Positions 36,508 to 45,855 of a stretch of DNA of 64,000 nt are shown here, one piece after another (positions within the stretch are counted from its first letter, which is position 1; the number at the start of each line of letters is the position of its first letter). The notes beneath the pieces are model-generated. The model saw nothing but the letters and a program-made list of their open reading frames with translations. It was not told where the DNA came from and searched no databases. The stretch covers positions 32,001 through 96,000 of IMG/VR virus record IMGVR_UViG_3300029288_000063, one strand, 5' to 3'. Both the position numbers and the translations under genes were made by a program. Origin of the DNA: a virus (Duplodnaviria > Caudoviricetes).

Positions 36508-38235
36508 ATGGGTACGATGAAGGGTATTGTTAAGAAGGCTGTTGCGAAGGCGAAGCTCCCCTCGGAGTGTCCGGATGCGATGGTGAACCGTGCAGGCGGT
36601 GTTGCGTTTGACATTTCCGACCCCGCCACGAAGCTTCTGACTATGACCGGTGGCAGCTTTTTCGCGGAACCGCGTTACTACAGTGACTCGGCGTGCCGCC
36701 CGAAGCGTCTGGCGTCCGGCAAGTTCGGCAAGCTGGAAGAGCGTCTGCGTCTGGCGTCCGACAAGGCCGCGAAGTTCGTCAACTGTGAAGAGCTGGATGA
36801 TGTTGCGAAGGAAATCATCGCGACGGCTGTCGATGTGGCGAATGGTTCCAGTCCGCGTGACTTGCTTGCGCTGGCGAACTGGCTGCGCAACGAGGGCAAT
36901 ATCCGTCTGACGCCGCAGGTGTTCCTTGTGCTGGCGTCACGTATGGAAGGTTCGAAGCCGTACGTGAAGAAGTACGTCGAGAAGATTGTGAAGCGTCCGG
37001 ACGAAATCAAGACCGTTCTGATGCTGTACCGTTACTTCTTCGGCATGAAGTGTCTGCCGAACGCGCTGGCGACCGGTCTGTCCGACCGTCTGTCCAAGAT
37101 TGGCGAGTCCGCCTTGATGAAGTACGATGGGAAGGACTTCCCGACGTGGAAGGACGTTTTGTGCTGGCTGCCCCGTGAAAAGGGTTGGCCGCTGTCCGAT
37201 GACCTTTCTGTTTATTTCAAGAAGGGTGTCGTGACGGACAAGACCCCGATTGCTCGTGACCGTTCGCTTCTGGCGAAGTGTGGTGAGTTCGACGCCAAGG
37301 CGCGTGCTCTTGCGAAGTCGTCCAATGTTAACTGGGAGGTTCTGCTCTCGCAGTTCGGCACGAGCGACTCCGGCAAGAAGGCTGTGTGGGAGTTCCTGAT
37401 TGCGGAAGACCTCGTCGGTTACATGGCGATGCTCCGTAACCTGCGGAACCTCGTTCAGGCGGGTGTTGGCAAGGACACGCTGAAGAATGTGTACGACAAG
37501 CTGTCCAATGCCGAAGAGGTCAAGCGGTCGAAGCAGCTTCCGTTCCGGTTCCTCGCCGCGTACAACGAGTTGGAGCATGTCGGTGCGTCCGGAAACATCT
37601 CCAAGATTCTGGAGGCTATCGAGAACGCGACTGAGGTTGCCATCGAGAATTGCCCGAAGTTCCCCGGCAGCACCATCGTCGCCGTGGATGACTCCGGCTC
37701 TATGGGAGCCGGAATCTCGCGGATGTCCTCGATGACCGCCTTCGACGCGGCGTGTTCGCTCGGTGCCATCTGTGCGCGTCGTGGTGAGGATGTCAACCTG
37801 TGGGCGTTTTCGGATGGTGTCCGTGAGGTCAATATCACGAAGCACACGACCATGATGGGCATCGCCAAGAAGGTCGGTAATCACAGTGGTGGCACCAACA
37901 CGTACCTCGTGATTCAGAAGATGATTGACGAGAAGCTGTTCCCAGACCGTCTGTTCATTTTCAGCGACATGCAGGCTTGGAACTCGGGTTGGGGTTCCGC
38001 GAACTGTGCCGACCTGTGGGCGAAGTATCGGCGTATGGGCGCGGCGGCTGGCAAGACGTGGCTGCACAGCGTCAACATCATGGGCTACGGCGACACGCCG
38101 TTCTGTGAGGCTGACAAGCGTTTGAACCTCATCGGTGGCTTTAACGAGGCGGTTCTGTCGATGGCGCTCAAGGCTGAGGGTGTGAATGGGGAGGACAACA
38201 TTCCGCCCATGTCCTACATCCGCGATAATTTCTAG
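36508..38235 (+). CDS. Ro60/TROVE-domain RNA-binding protein with C-terminal vWA
   Basis: NRAGGVAF, RPDE, YMAMLRNLRN, LPFRF, DDSGSM, GGT, FSDMQ; GGAGG RBS. Confidence 0.92.
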   Translation: MGTMKGIVKKAVAKAKLPSECPDAMVNRAGGVAFDISDPATKLLTMTGGSFFAEPRYYSDSACRPKRLASGKFGKLEERLRLASDKAAKFVNCEELDDVAKEIIATAVDVANGSSPRDLLALANWLRNEGNIRLTPQVFLVLASRMEGSKPYVKKYVEKIVKRPDEIKTVLMLYRYFFGMKCLPNALATGLSDRLSKIGESALMKYDGKDFPTWKDVLCWLPREKGWPLSDDLSVYFKKGVVTDKTPIARDRSLLAKCGEFDAKARALAKSSNVNWEVLLSQFGTSDSGKKAVWEFLIAEDLVGYMAMLRNLRNLVQAGVGKDTLKNVYDKLSNAEEVKRSKQLPFRFLAAYNELEHVGASGNISKILEAIENATEVAIENCPKFPGSTIVAVDDSGSMGAGISRMSSMTAFDAACSLGAICARRGEDVNLWAFSDGVREVNITKHTTMMGIAKKVGNHSGGTNTYLVIQKMIDEKLFPDRLFIFSDMQAWNSGWGSANCADLWAKYRRMGAAAGKTWLHSVNIMGYGDTPFCEADKRLNLIGGFNEAVLSMALKAEGVNGEDNIPPMSYIRDNF

Positions 38236-38259
38236 ACGCGGTGAAACAACGTAAAGCCA

Positions 38260-38298
38260 ATGGGCGGATGTCTTTATGGCATCCGCCTATTTTATTTT
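38260..38298 (+). terminator. Intrinsic terminator
   Basis: GGGCGGATGTC...GGCATCCGCCT plus T-rich tail. Confidence 0.7.
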
Positions 38299-38339
38299 AT
38301 AATCTCCGGACGTTAGATGACTATATTCAGGAGGCTGCT

Positions 38340-38990
38340 ATGGGTATATTGTCGGAGAATTCCCTTCAAGATATTCATGAGTATTGGGTGGATATTGACC
38401 GTCGTGAGATTTGGATTCACGGATTCGACACGAACATTCAGAGTGACTATGAGGGGAACGAACCCGGTGTAGACTACATGATGGCCAACAGGGTTATTAA
38501 GAACCTTCACATGTTGCGCTATGCGTCTGCCAAAAAGCCTGTTGTTGTTCACCTGCATACCTGTGGTGGTATATGGGAAGAGGGTATGGCTCTCTATGAC
38601 ACGATTCGTATGATGCCATACCCTGTTACGATGGTTTCCTACACCCATGCCCGGAGTATGTCGAGTATAATCTTGCAGGCGGCGGATACACGTCTGATGC
38701 TTCCGAATTCGTGTTTCATGTTTCATTATGGAACCCTCGCCGTTGGTGGACATGCCCCGACGGTTCACTCGAATGTCGATTTTGCCAGACAGAACGACCA
38801 GACTATGTTGTCGATTTATGTCGAGAGGTGTTTTGGTTCGAAGCACTTCAAAAAGAAATCGAGGGAAGAGGTGCGGGCCGAGTTGGCGATGATGATGGAC
38901 AAGAAGGGTGATGTTTTTTTGACTGCACAACAAGCTGTCGATTGGGGTTTTGCAGATGGTATTCTTGAAAACTGGTCGGACCTGAAATAG
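38340..38990 (+). CDS. clpP: ClpP-family serine protease
   Basis: TCGG, YDTI, ARSMS (Ser), FMFH (His), DVFLTAQQAVDWGFAD (Asp). Confidence 0.88.
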   Translation: MGILSENSLQDIHEYWVDIDRREIWIHGFDTNIQSDYEGNEPGVDYMMANRVIKNLHMLRYASAKKPVVVHLHTCGGIWEEGMALYDTIRMMPYPVTMVSYTHARSMSSIILQAADTRLMLPNSCFMFHYGTLAVGGHAPTVHSNVDFARQNDQTMLSIYVERCFGSKHFKKKSREEVRAELAMMMDKKGDVFLTAQQAVDWGFADGILENWSDLK

Positions 38991-39000
38991 TGGAGGTTTA

Positions 39001-39252
39001 ATGGATGTGTTAATGGAGTTGGCGTTTTCGTGGAAGTGTCCGTTGTGCGGGAAAAGGAATTTTGTTCGTAGTGTTCCCGTCGAGTGGTCTGAGTCTGATT
39101 TGCGTTTGCAGTTGGGCTTGGAACCGTGGGAGGCGATTCCTGAAGATGCGATTGAAAACACGGAGTGTGTTGCCGCCCCGGTAAAGGTGTCGTGTGAGTG
39201 TGGTGGAAAGTTCGGCACGATTCACGCGGGCGACCAGTTGCCGGGTGAATGA
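39001..39252 (+). CDS. Zn-ribbon protein
   Basis: CPLC...CECG; GGAGG RBS. Confidence 0.65.
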   Translation: MDVLMELAFSWKCPLCGKRNFVRSVPVEWSESDLRLQLGLEPWEAIPEDAIENTECVAAPVKVSCECGGKFGTIHAGDQLPGE

Positions 39253-39545
39253 TTTTTCATCTTTTTTTAAGAATTCTTGTTGTCGATTCTGTTTGTTGTG
39301 ATATAGTGCTGGTGACTTGGTAGTGAGTCTTTTGAAAGACTTTGTTTGTGTGTAAGGAGAAAATCATGTAGATTCGATGAAGCCGGTCGCAGGCAGGATT
39401 GCGATATGAAAGGCGTGGCCACAGCCTAGAGTGGCATTTTCGGCAGTGTAAGCAGTGCGGGTGTTCCGCGTGTGTAAACTGCCCAAAGAACAGGGTAAAC
39501 TGCGTTGTCAGTGTAGCCTGTTCACAAGAGAGAGAGGAAAATACC

Positions 39546-40571
39546 ATGAATACCAATCCCACCAGTGTTTCTTTGTCTGCCAATGTTTCTGAAGCTGCCC
39601 GCCTGCTTATTTGTATCCCCGGCTTTGTTGATAGTGTTCCGTCCGTTGGCAGTACGTTGCCCGGCGCGATGGAAGAGTCTGACCAGCAGATTGCCGAGCG
39701 TTACATTTGGGATCGCCTTTCCAAGCTTGGTATCTACAACGATGATGTTTCGGCTGAATTGATTGCCTCCCCGGAATGCACCGAGGGTGATGCCCGCCAT
39801 GTGTTTTGTGAGAATGGTGAGCCGAACCTCCCCGTTGTTCGCTTCAAGAAGCTTTGGTCTATCATGAAGACAGGCGCAATGTTCTCGCCTGTCCCCGTTG
39901 AGCGTGAGGAAACGGATGTCGATCTTTCATCCTTGGCTGCCGACCTGAAGTCCGGTTTTGGTGCTATGAAGCCGATTGGTCAGTGGACGGATGCCGAGTT
40001 GATGGAGAAGTATGGTCCGGAGTGCGCCGACGACATTATCGACGAGTTGAGCAAACGGGCCAAGGGTCGCTCGTTTGTTGTGTTTGTTGACGAGGCTTCG
40101 TGCAAGGTTGATGTCGAGGCGTCGTTGCGCCTCCTTAAAGAAGCACGCAAGCGCGAGACTCCGGTGCATTACAAGACGAGTGATGTGCTGAAACGCCTCT
40201 TTCGTGCTGGTGACTTTCCCACTCAGGTCTACTTCGAGTGTCCCATCCATAAGGGCGTCCTCCTGTTGGACGGATACTGTGATGAGTGCGGGCACACTTG
40301 GGAAGGCATCCCCTACTCTGTTCGGCAGTTCGTGCGTGTCATCGCAAACGAGGGAGAGGCTCCTGATTCAGGCCCGTCAATCCGTCAGCTTATCGCGACT
40401 GCTCGGACATGCTCTGAGTCCGATGTCGACCCGCTTGCGGCAGATTACCCGAAGGTGCTCGGGGTGTTCCGTGAGTTGGCGGCTGAAGACAAGCTCCCGT
40501 CCCTGAAGTCGAGGACAGCGTCCTCCGACACAAAACGTGCCGACCCGTTCAATACGTCGCGCCGTTATTGA
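39546..40571 (+). CDS. Hypothetical protein with CPxH...CxxC Zn motif
   Basis: GAGG RBS; ECPIH...YCDECG. Confidence 0.75.
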   Translation: MNTNPTSVSLSANVSEAARLLICIPGFVDSVPSVGSTLPGAMEESDQQIAERYIWDRLSKLGIYNDDVSAELIASPECTEGDARHVFCENGEPNLPVVRFKKLWSIMKTGAMFSPVPVEREETDVDLSSLAADLKSGFGAMKPIGQWTDAELMEKYGPECADDIIDELSKRAKGRSFVVFVDEASCKVDVEASLRLLKEARKRETPVHYKTSDVLKRLFRAGDFPTQVYFECPIHKGVLLLDGYCDECGHTWEGIPYSVRQFVRVIANEGEAPDSGPSIRQLIATARTCSESDVDPLAADYPKVLGVFRELAAEDKLPSLKSRTASSDTKRADPFNTSRRY

Positions 40572-40640
40572 TTTTCCGCGTGGGGCACTCCACTTGTATA
40601 ATGGTGGAGTGCCCCGCATTTCAGTCTGGAGGATGATAGA

Positions 40641-41681
40641 ATGAAGTTTTTCGCAAAAGAGATTGCAAAGAGTGGGTATGTTTTCCGCATGGAACATGCC
40701 GGTTTTATGGCGTCGTTGATGTGTGCCCCTCGACTTGAAGATACGGGTCGTGCGTGCGATCTGCCGCCGGGTGAGCCTATCCCGGTTTTCCCATTGGCGG
40801 CGCTTCCCGGTGCCCCGGAGGGATGGGTGCGTGAGGTTGGTTCGTATGTTTGCCCTGTTGATGCGGATTGGGGGCTGTGGTTCGATTGGACGATGAATGA
40901 CAAGATGAACACTGCCGTTGTTCCGTCTGTAAAGGGTATGAATCCCATTACCGGTCAGAAGCTCGAAGGCTTGTCGCTCTCGGAGTATTCCGATAAGTGC
41001 CCGGTTCATGGTGAGCCGTTTACCCACGGGAACTTCTGCGAGAAGTGCGGGTATGATTGGCCACCTCAGAACTATATTTGTGCGCCGAACACTCTGTGGT
41101 GGGATGGGTTCCGTCAGCCTGATGGCAAGGTGCGTCAGTTCTTTTTCACAGCCGACGAATCGCGTGATGTTGCGTCCTTGGTGATTGGAAAAGAAAACAC
41201 CGTTCCTGCATTCGGGTTTGGTTTCTTCCGTCCGAAGAATCCGCGCACTGCACCAAAAACGACGTATCGTTCGTCTGTGATGGATTTCGGTGAGTCGTCA
41301 TTTGGAAGTTTCTGTAATGCCGGTGACGTTGTGTATGGGTGCTCCAACTCCACTCTCGATTATTCTGAGCCGGACGGTTTGTGCATGTCGTGTTTGGATG
41401 GTGCCGAGGTCGCATCGAAAGGAATCACCCGTGGATTTGTGAATTCCCAGTCTGTTCGCAAGCAGCCGGTTGCATCTGTGTCTGTTGGTGCCGGTGCTGA
41501 AATCAGTCAGGAACTCAATCGGGACTCTCTTGGCGTTGATGGTTGGCAGCCCGAAGCGGCAGCGACGATTCGTCTGTATTTCTGCTTCAGGGAACAGTTT
41601 ATGAGTATTGTGAACAACGGCGGAGTGAAGACGTTTTCATCTGACCCGGCAGGGTTTATGAAAAATGTGCCGGTTGGTTAG
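40641..41681 (+). CDS. Hypothetical protein with CPxH...CxxC Zn motif
   Basis: GGAGG RBS; CPVH...CEKC; QNY...WWDGF...VRQF block. Confidence 0.75.
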   Translation: MKFFAKEIAKSGYVFRMEHAGFMASLMCAPRLEDTGRACDLPPGEPIPVFPLAALPGAPEGWVREVGSYVCPVDADWGLWFDWTMNDKMNTAVVPSVKGMNPITGQKLEGLSLSEYSDKCPVHGEPFTHGNFCEKCGYDWPPQNYICAPNTLWWDGFRQPDGKVRQFFFTADESRDVASLVIGKENTVPAFGFGFFRPKNPRTAPKTTYRSSVMDFGESSFGSFCNAGDVVYGCSNSTLDYSEPDGLCMSCLDGAEVASKGITRGFVNSQSVRKQPVASVSVGAGAEISQELNRDSLGVDGWQPEAAATIRLYFCFREQFMSIVNNGGVKTFSSDPAGFMKNVPVG

Positions 41682-41707
41682 ACGGGTTGGTTTCCATGAA
41701 GTCTATG

Positions 41708-41738
41708 GGTCAAGGGTTTAACCCTTGACCTTTTTTTT
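41708..41738 (+). terminator. Intrinsic terminator
   Basis: GGTCAAGGGTT/AACCCTTGACC plus T8. Confidence 0.8.
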
Positions 41739-41760
41739 ATATTCTTCCGTTATAGACAAC

Positions 41761-43302
41761 ATGGAGACTATTATGGAATCGGAAGAGAAAACTAGGTATA
41801 AGGCGATTTTTGATAGCCTGATGATGGGTGTTGTAATTATTGGTCAGGACTTTCGTATCGCCGCCTACAATGAACAAATGCGTGCTTGGTTTCCCGAAGT
41901 TCGTGTGGGGATGTTTTGCCACGATATTCTTGGTTGTGGCTCCGAGTGCAACGGCGTTGGTTGCTTGGTGCATCAAACCTTTATTGATGGGTGTCGTCAC
42001 GAAAAAAAGTTCCGGGTTGTCAAGGACGACGAAGAAATTAAGGTTTACAGGATGGTTGTGTATCCGATGCGTCAACCGAGTGGTGAACAAACTATTGCGG
42101 CTGCAATTAGGGTTGTTGAGGACGTCACGGAGTGTGCCAATCGTGAGGCGACGGATATTCAGACGCTTCAGTTGGCCGCCGTTGGTCAGTTAGCTGCCGG
42201 TATTGCGCATGAGTTCAACAATATAAACTCTGTAGTAAAGGGTCATCTTGAGTTGTTATACCAAGATGACTCGTTATCACAGAAGAATCGTGATCAGATA
42301 AAGGTTATGTTGGAGGTTGTTCGTCAGGGGATAGATATTACCAAGAACATGTTGATGTTTGCCCGTGACAGGAAGGGTCGTGCAACTGGTACGTTTATTG
42401 CTGATATTGTTCGTGACGTGCTCTCTATTATTAGTAACGACCTAAGGTCGGAGGGCGTTGAGGTTATTGTTGACCATCAACCGAACGTGCGCGTGTTGGT
42501 GAACGTGTCTCAGATGGGTCAGGTGATCATCAACTTGCTGCTTAACGCCCGGCACGCGCTTACAGGTAGGAACATAAAGCGATTGACGATTCGTTCGTGG
42601 TGCGACTCAAAATCGGCGTACATCTCTGTTGAAGATACAGGGTGCGGTATTGCTGAGAAGAATATCAAGAAACTGTTTAGCCCGTTTTTTACAACCAAGG
42701 GTGAACACGCCGAATCCGGTTCGCAGATGTCATATGTAAAGGGTACGGGGCTTGGGTTGTCGATTTGTCATACTATTGTCGAGAAACACCACTCCGGCAA
42801 GATTCTTGTGGAAAGCAAAGAGGGTGTTGGGTCAAAGTTTACGGTTGTTTTGCCGTTGTTTGAAGGTCCGGTTGAGATTAAAAAGAGCAGCACTGTAATG
42901 ATGAAAGCTCTTACTCCGGGTAATGGTGAAAGGGTCTTGGTTGTAGATGATGAGCCAAAGATTTCAAGTGTTATAAAAATGGTGTTGACGAATCAGGGAT
43001 ATTCCGTTGTATGTTGCTCTGATAGTTTAAAGGCTTTGAAGCTTTATAATGAGAAACCGTTTGACGTAGTTATTTCGGATATTAAGATGCCGGGTATTAG
43101 TGGTCTTGAGATGGCTGAATACCTGTATGAGATGAAACCGCGCCCGGTGACGATTCTTATGACTGGTGCCTTGCAGGATGAGGCGTCGGTGAAGCCTCCT
43201 AAAGCAGATGCCATGCTGACTAAACCATTTGCGTTTGAGGATATGCTGGCAATTATTAGTTTAGGTCTTTTTGGTCGTAAATCAGCAAAAGATATTGCCT
43301 AA
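41761..43302 (+). CDS. Cytoplasmic hybrid sensor histidine kinase (PAS-HisKA-HATPase-REC)
   Basis: AAGIAHEFNN (H box), NLLLNA (N box), EDTGCGI, FFTTK, GTGLGL; receiver VVDDE...SDIKMP...MTG...KPF. Confidence 0.93.
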   Translation: METIMESEEKTRYKAIFDSLMMGVVIIGQDFRIAAYNEQMRAWFPEVRVGMFCHDILGCGSECNGVGCLVHQTFIDGCRHEKKFRVVKDDEEIKVYRMVVYPMRQPSGEQTIAAAIRVVEDVTECANREATDIQTLQLAAVGQLAAGIAHEFNNINSVVKGHLELLYQDDSLSQKNRDQIKVMLEVVRQGIDITKNMLMFARDRKGRATGTFIADIVRDVLSIISNDLRSEGVEVIVDHQPNVRVLVNVSQMGQVIINLLLNARHALTGRNIKRLTIRSWCDSKSAYISVEDTGCGIAEKNIKKLFSPFFTTKGEHAESGSQMSYVKGTGLGLSICHTIVEKHHSGKILVESKEGVGSKFTVVLPLFEGPVEIKKSSTVMMKALTPGNGERVLVVDDEPKISSVIKMVLTNQGYSVVCCSDSLKALKLYNEKPFDVVISDIKMPGISGLEMAEYLYEMKPRPVTILMTGALQDEASVKPPKADAMLTKPFAFEDMLAIISLGLFGRKSAKDIA

Positions 43303-43328
43303 GTCCTTTTGTTTTAGGAGTATTGATT

Positions 43329-43910
43329 ATGGATGTTTTAAATAGCTCAAAGATGGCTGCCGCAGAACTGCGAGATAACGCTGCAAAAATGTTGGCAGAG
43401 GCCAATCGTGAAATGAGAAAGTTGTTTCGGTCATCAAGGAAAATCCAACTTACCAGTCGTTCCGGCGTTATTTTGTTAGTTGATGATATGCCTCAGCAAA
43501 AAACCGTTCTCGAAAACATGGTAACGCGTTATGCGTTACATATGGAAGTTAAAAATGTTGCAACGGCACGTGAGGCTCGTGCTTATATTGATTCCGAACA
43601 TAACAACATCCGATTGGTTGTTATAGATATCATGTTAGTTGGTTCTGCGGCGCATCCGGATGGGTCGCTGACAGAAGATGGTCTTTCTCTTGTGGATTGG
43701 TTGAAATTAAGATGTCCAGACCTTCCGTTTATTATTACAACGGGTCATGCGGAGCGTGCAGAAGAAGCGACTATAAGGTTTCCGGGTGTTGATGTTTTGC
43801 TAAAGGGTCAGACTGACATTGAGGAATACGCTGATGCTATTGGCTTGGCAGATTTGCCAAACTGTTGTTCCGGTATTGTTATTCCGCCGGATGATTCTGA
43901 AAATAGTTAG
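43329..43910 (+). CDS. Response-regulator receiver protein
   Basis: LLVDD...IDIML...DGL...ITTG...LLK. Confidence 0.85.
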   Translation: MDVLNSSKMAAAELRDNAAKMLAEANREMRKLFRSSRKIQLTSRSGVILLVDDMPQQKTVLENMVTRYALHMEVKNVATAREARAYIDSEHNNIRLVVIDIMLVGSAAHPDGSLTEDGLSLVDWLKLRCPDLPFIITTGHAERAEEATIRFPGVDVLLKGQTDIEEYADAIGLADLPNCCSGIVIPPDDSENS

Positions 43911-43954
43911 TTTTTTGTCGTCCTCGTCGGTATATTATCACAGAGGACGAATTT

Positions 43955-44266
43955 ATGACTGAACGAAACTGTTCGCAAGATTGGGTAAATGTTCGTGGTT
44001 TTGAGTTCACGCACGAAGAGGCGCGTGACGCGGCCGACTTTAATGACGTGGTTTCATTCTTCTGTGTCCAACCGGAAATGTTGATTGATTTTGTAAATGA
44101 CCAAAAACTTTTGGTCGGTCACCGATTATATTTAGTAGAGAATCTCCCTGTTGATGACCTTGGTCCGGTCTTGATGGGTGAGGGTGATGACCGTGTTTGT
44201 GCTATAGCCAAAATTCGTTGTGATGAGGCGAATCGTGGTGATGGTGTGCTGTGGTTGCCGGAATGA
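43955..44266 (+). CDS. Hypothetical protein
   Basis: GAGG RBS. Confidence 0.6.
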   Translation: MTERNCSQDWVNVRGFEFTHEEARDAADFNDVVSFFCVQPEMLIDFVNDQKLLVGHRLYLVENLPVDDLGPVLMGEGDDRVCAIAKIRCDEANRGDGVLWLPE

Positions 44267-44279
44267 CATTTCCGAAAAG

Positions 44280-45518
44280 ATGAATGGGGTTGTGATGGCG
44301 ATGAATGTGTCGGTAGAAAAAGCGATAATGATGTCGTCCGTCGAGTTGATTCGCAACAAGATGTTTTATGGACACATCGTTCAACAGTTGAGTAAGACCT
44401 ATATTGACGAAAGTGGACCTGTCCCAACCATCGGTGTTGGTAAGCGTAAAGGGGACCTGCTGGTTCGCCTTTTTGTGAACCCGAAGTTCATAGAGGGTCT
44501 TTTTGAAGACTCTGAAAAAAACCACAAGGGTTCCGCGAAGGCTTGGTGTTGGCTTGCTTCGTTGATGGAGCACGAGATTCTTCACATCGTGTTTGAGCAT
44601 TTGTCTATGGTTTTTGCCGACAAGATGCGTGGTGCCGTCGCAGTTGATCTTGCTGTTAATTCGTGTATTCCGAGGGAAAATCTTCCGCCGCATGGGTGTT
44701 TTGCCGAGGACTATGGGTTTGAACCCCACAAGTCTGCGTTGTGGTACTACCAGAACCTTCGGGATAACGAGAGGTTTCAATCGCAATGTAAGAACGGTGA
44801 CTTCGGTGCCGATGGTGCCCTCGGGGATTCTATTAAGTCTCACGAAGCGTGGGAAGCCGCGAAGTCTGATCCGGTATTTCAGGAGTTTGTAAAAGATATC
44901 GTCAGGAAAGCGAAAGACCTGTGTCAAGGTAAAGATTATGGTCGTATTCCCCAAGAGGTTATTGACCAGATTGACAGCATGCTTGAAAAGAAGCCTCAGA
45001 TTGTCCCGTGGCAGCGCATCCTTCGAAACTTCGTGTCGTCTGCTACCGAGTCTAACCTCGACTATACGATGAAACGCATCAGTAAACGTTTTGGCACGCG
45101 TCCCGGCATTCGCAAAGAGGACGTGTTGTCGATTGCTGTTGCGGTTGACACGAGCGGTTCAATATCGCAAGAACAGTTGGAGGTTTTCTTCAACGAGATT
45201 CGGTGGGTGTGGAAGAACGGTGCCATTATTACGATATACGAGGCGGATGCCGATATTGCGGCTGTGTATCCCTACAAGGGGAAATTCAGTGGTCAGGTGC
45301 ATGGTCGTGGTGGTACAGATTTGAATCCAGTTTTGCGTGAGGTTGAGGGGAAGTATGACGCGTTGATATACTTCACCGATTTCTATGCGCCGCAACTTGA
45401 GCGGCGTTTTAGAATTCCGACGTTGTGGGTGCTGCATTCTGAGATAGACCCGTCGGATTACCCGGCGGATTGGGGTCGCTATGTTCGTATAGAATCCGGT
45501 GTTGCAGAATCCGGTTGA
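44280..45518 (+). CDS. Putative metallopeptidase (HExxH)-vWA protein, DUF2201-like MoxR partner
   Basis: HEILH, AVDLAVN, VDTSGS, GRGGTD, YFTD; start uncertain. Confidence 0.85.
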   Translation: MNGVVMAMNVSVEKAIMMSSVELIRNKMFYGHIVQQLSKTYIDESGPVPTIGVGKRKGDLLVRLFVNPKFIEGLFEDSEKNHKGSAKAWCWLASLMEHEILHIVFEHLSMVFADKMRGAVAVDLAVNSCIPRENLPPHGCFAEDYGFEPHKSALWYYQNLRDNERFQSQCKNGDFGADGALGDSIKSHEAWEAAKSDPVFQEFVKDIVRKAKDLCQGKDYGRIPQEVIDQIDSMLEKKPQIVPWQRILRNFVSSATESNLDYTMKRISKRFGTRPGIRKEDVLSIAVAVDTSGSISQEQLEVFFNEIRWVWKNGAIITIYEADADIAAVYPYKGKFSGQVHGRGGTDLNPVLREVEGKYDALIYFTDFYAPQLERRFRIPTLWVLHSEIDPSDYPADWGRYVRIESGVAESG

Positions 45519-45547
45519 CGCGTATAATAGTTGGTCTGGAGGAAAAC

Positions 45548-45832
45548 ATGAAGTCGATTTTGATTACGGATGCTGTCGGTCGTGAACGTCATGTTGGTGA
45601 AGAGTTCGATGATTTTTTGCAGATTGATGGAGTGCCTGACGCGGAGTCTATCGACCTGTGGGCGGACAGGATTCGCCAGCACATACGGAAGCTGTGGAAT
45701 GAGGATGCCTCTACAAACAAGGAGGTAACTGTTGTTTTGGATGCTCCTATCCACTATCGTATTGTGGTTGACCACCTGCAAACCACGATGTTACGTGAAG
45801 AGAAGATCAAGTTTCTGTTGACTGGTATGTAA
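45548..45832 (+). CDS. Hypothetical protein
   Basis: GGAGG RBS; TATAAT upstream. Confidence 0.65.
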   Translation: MKSILITDAVGRERHVGEEFDDFLQIDGVPDAESIDLWADRIRQHIRKLWNEDASTNKEVTVVLDAPIHYRIVVDHLQTTMLREEKIKFLLTGM

Positions 45833-45855
45833 TTTTTTTGTTTGGAGGGAAAATA

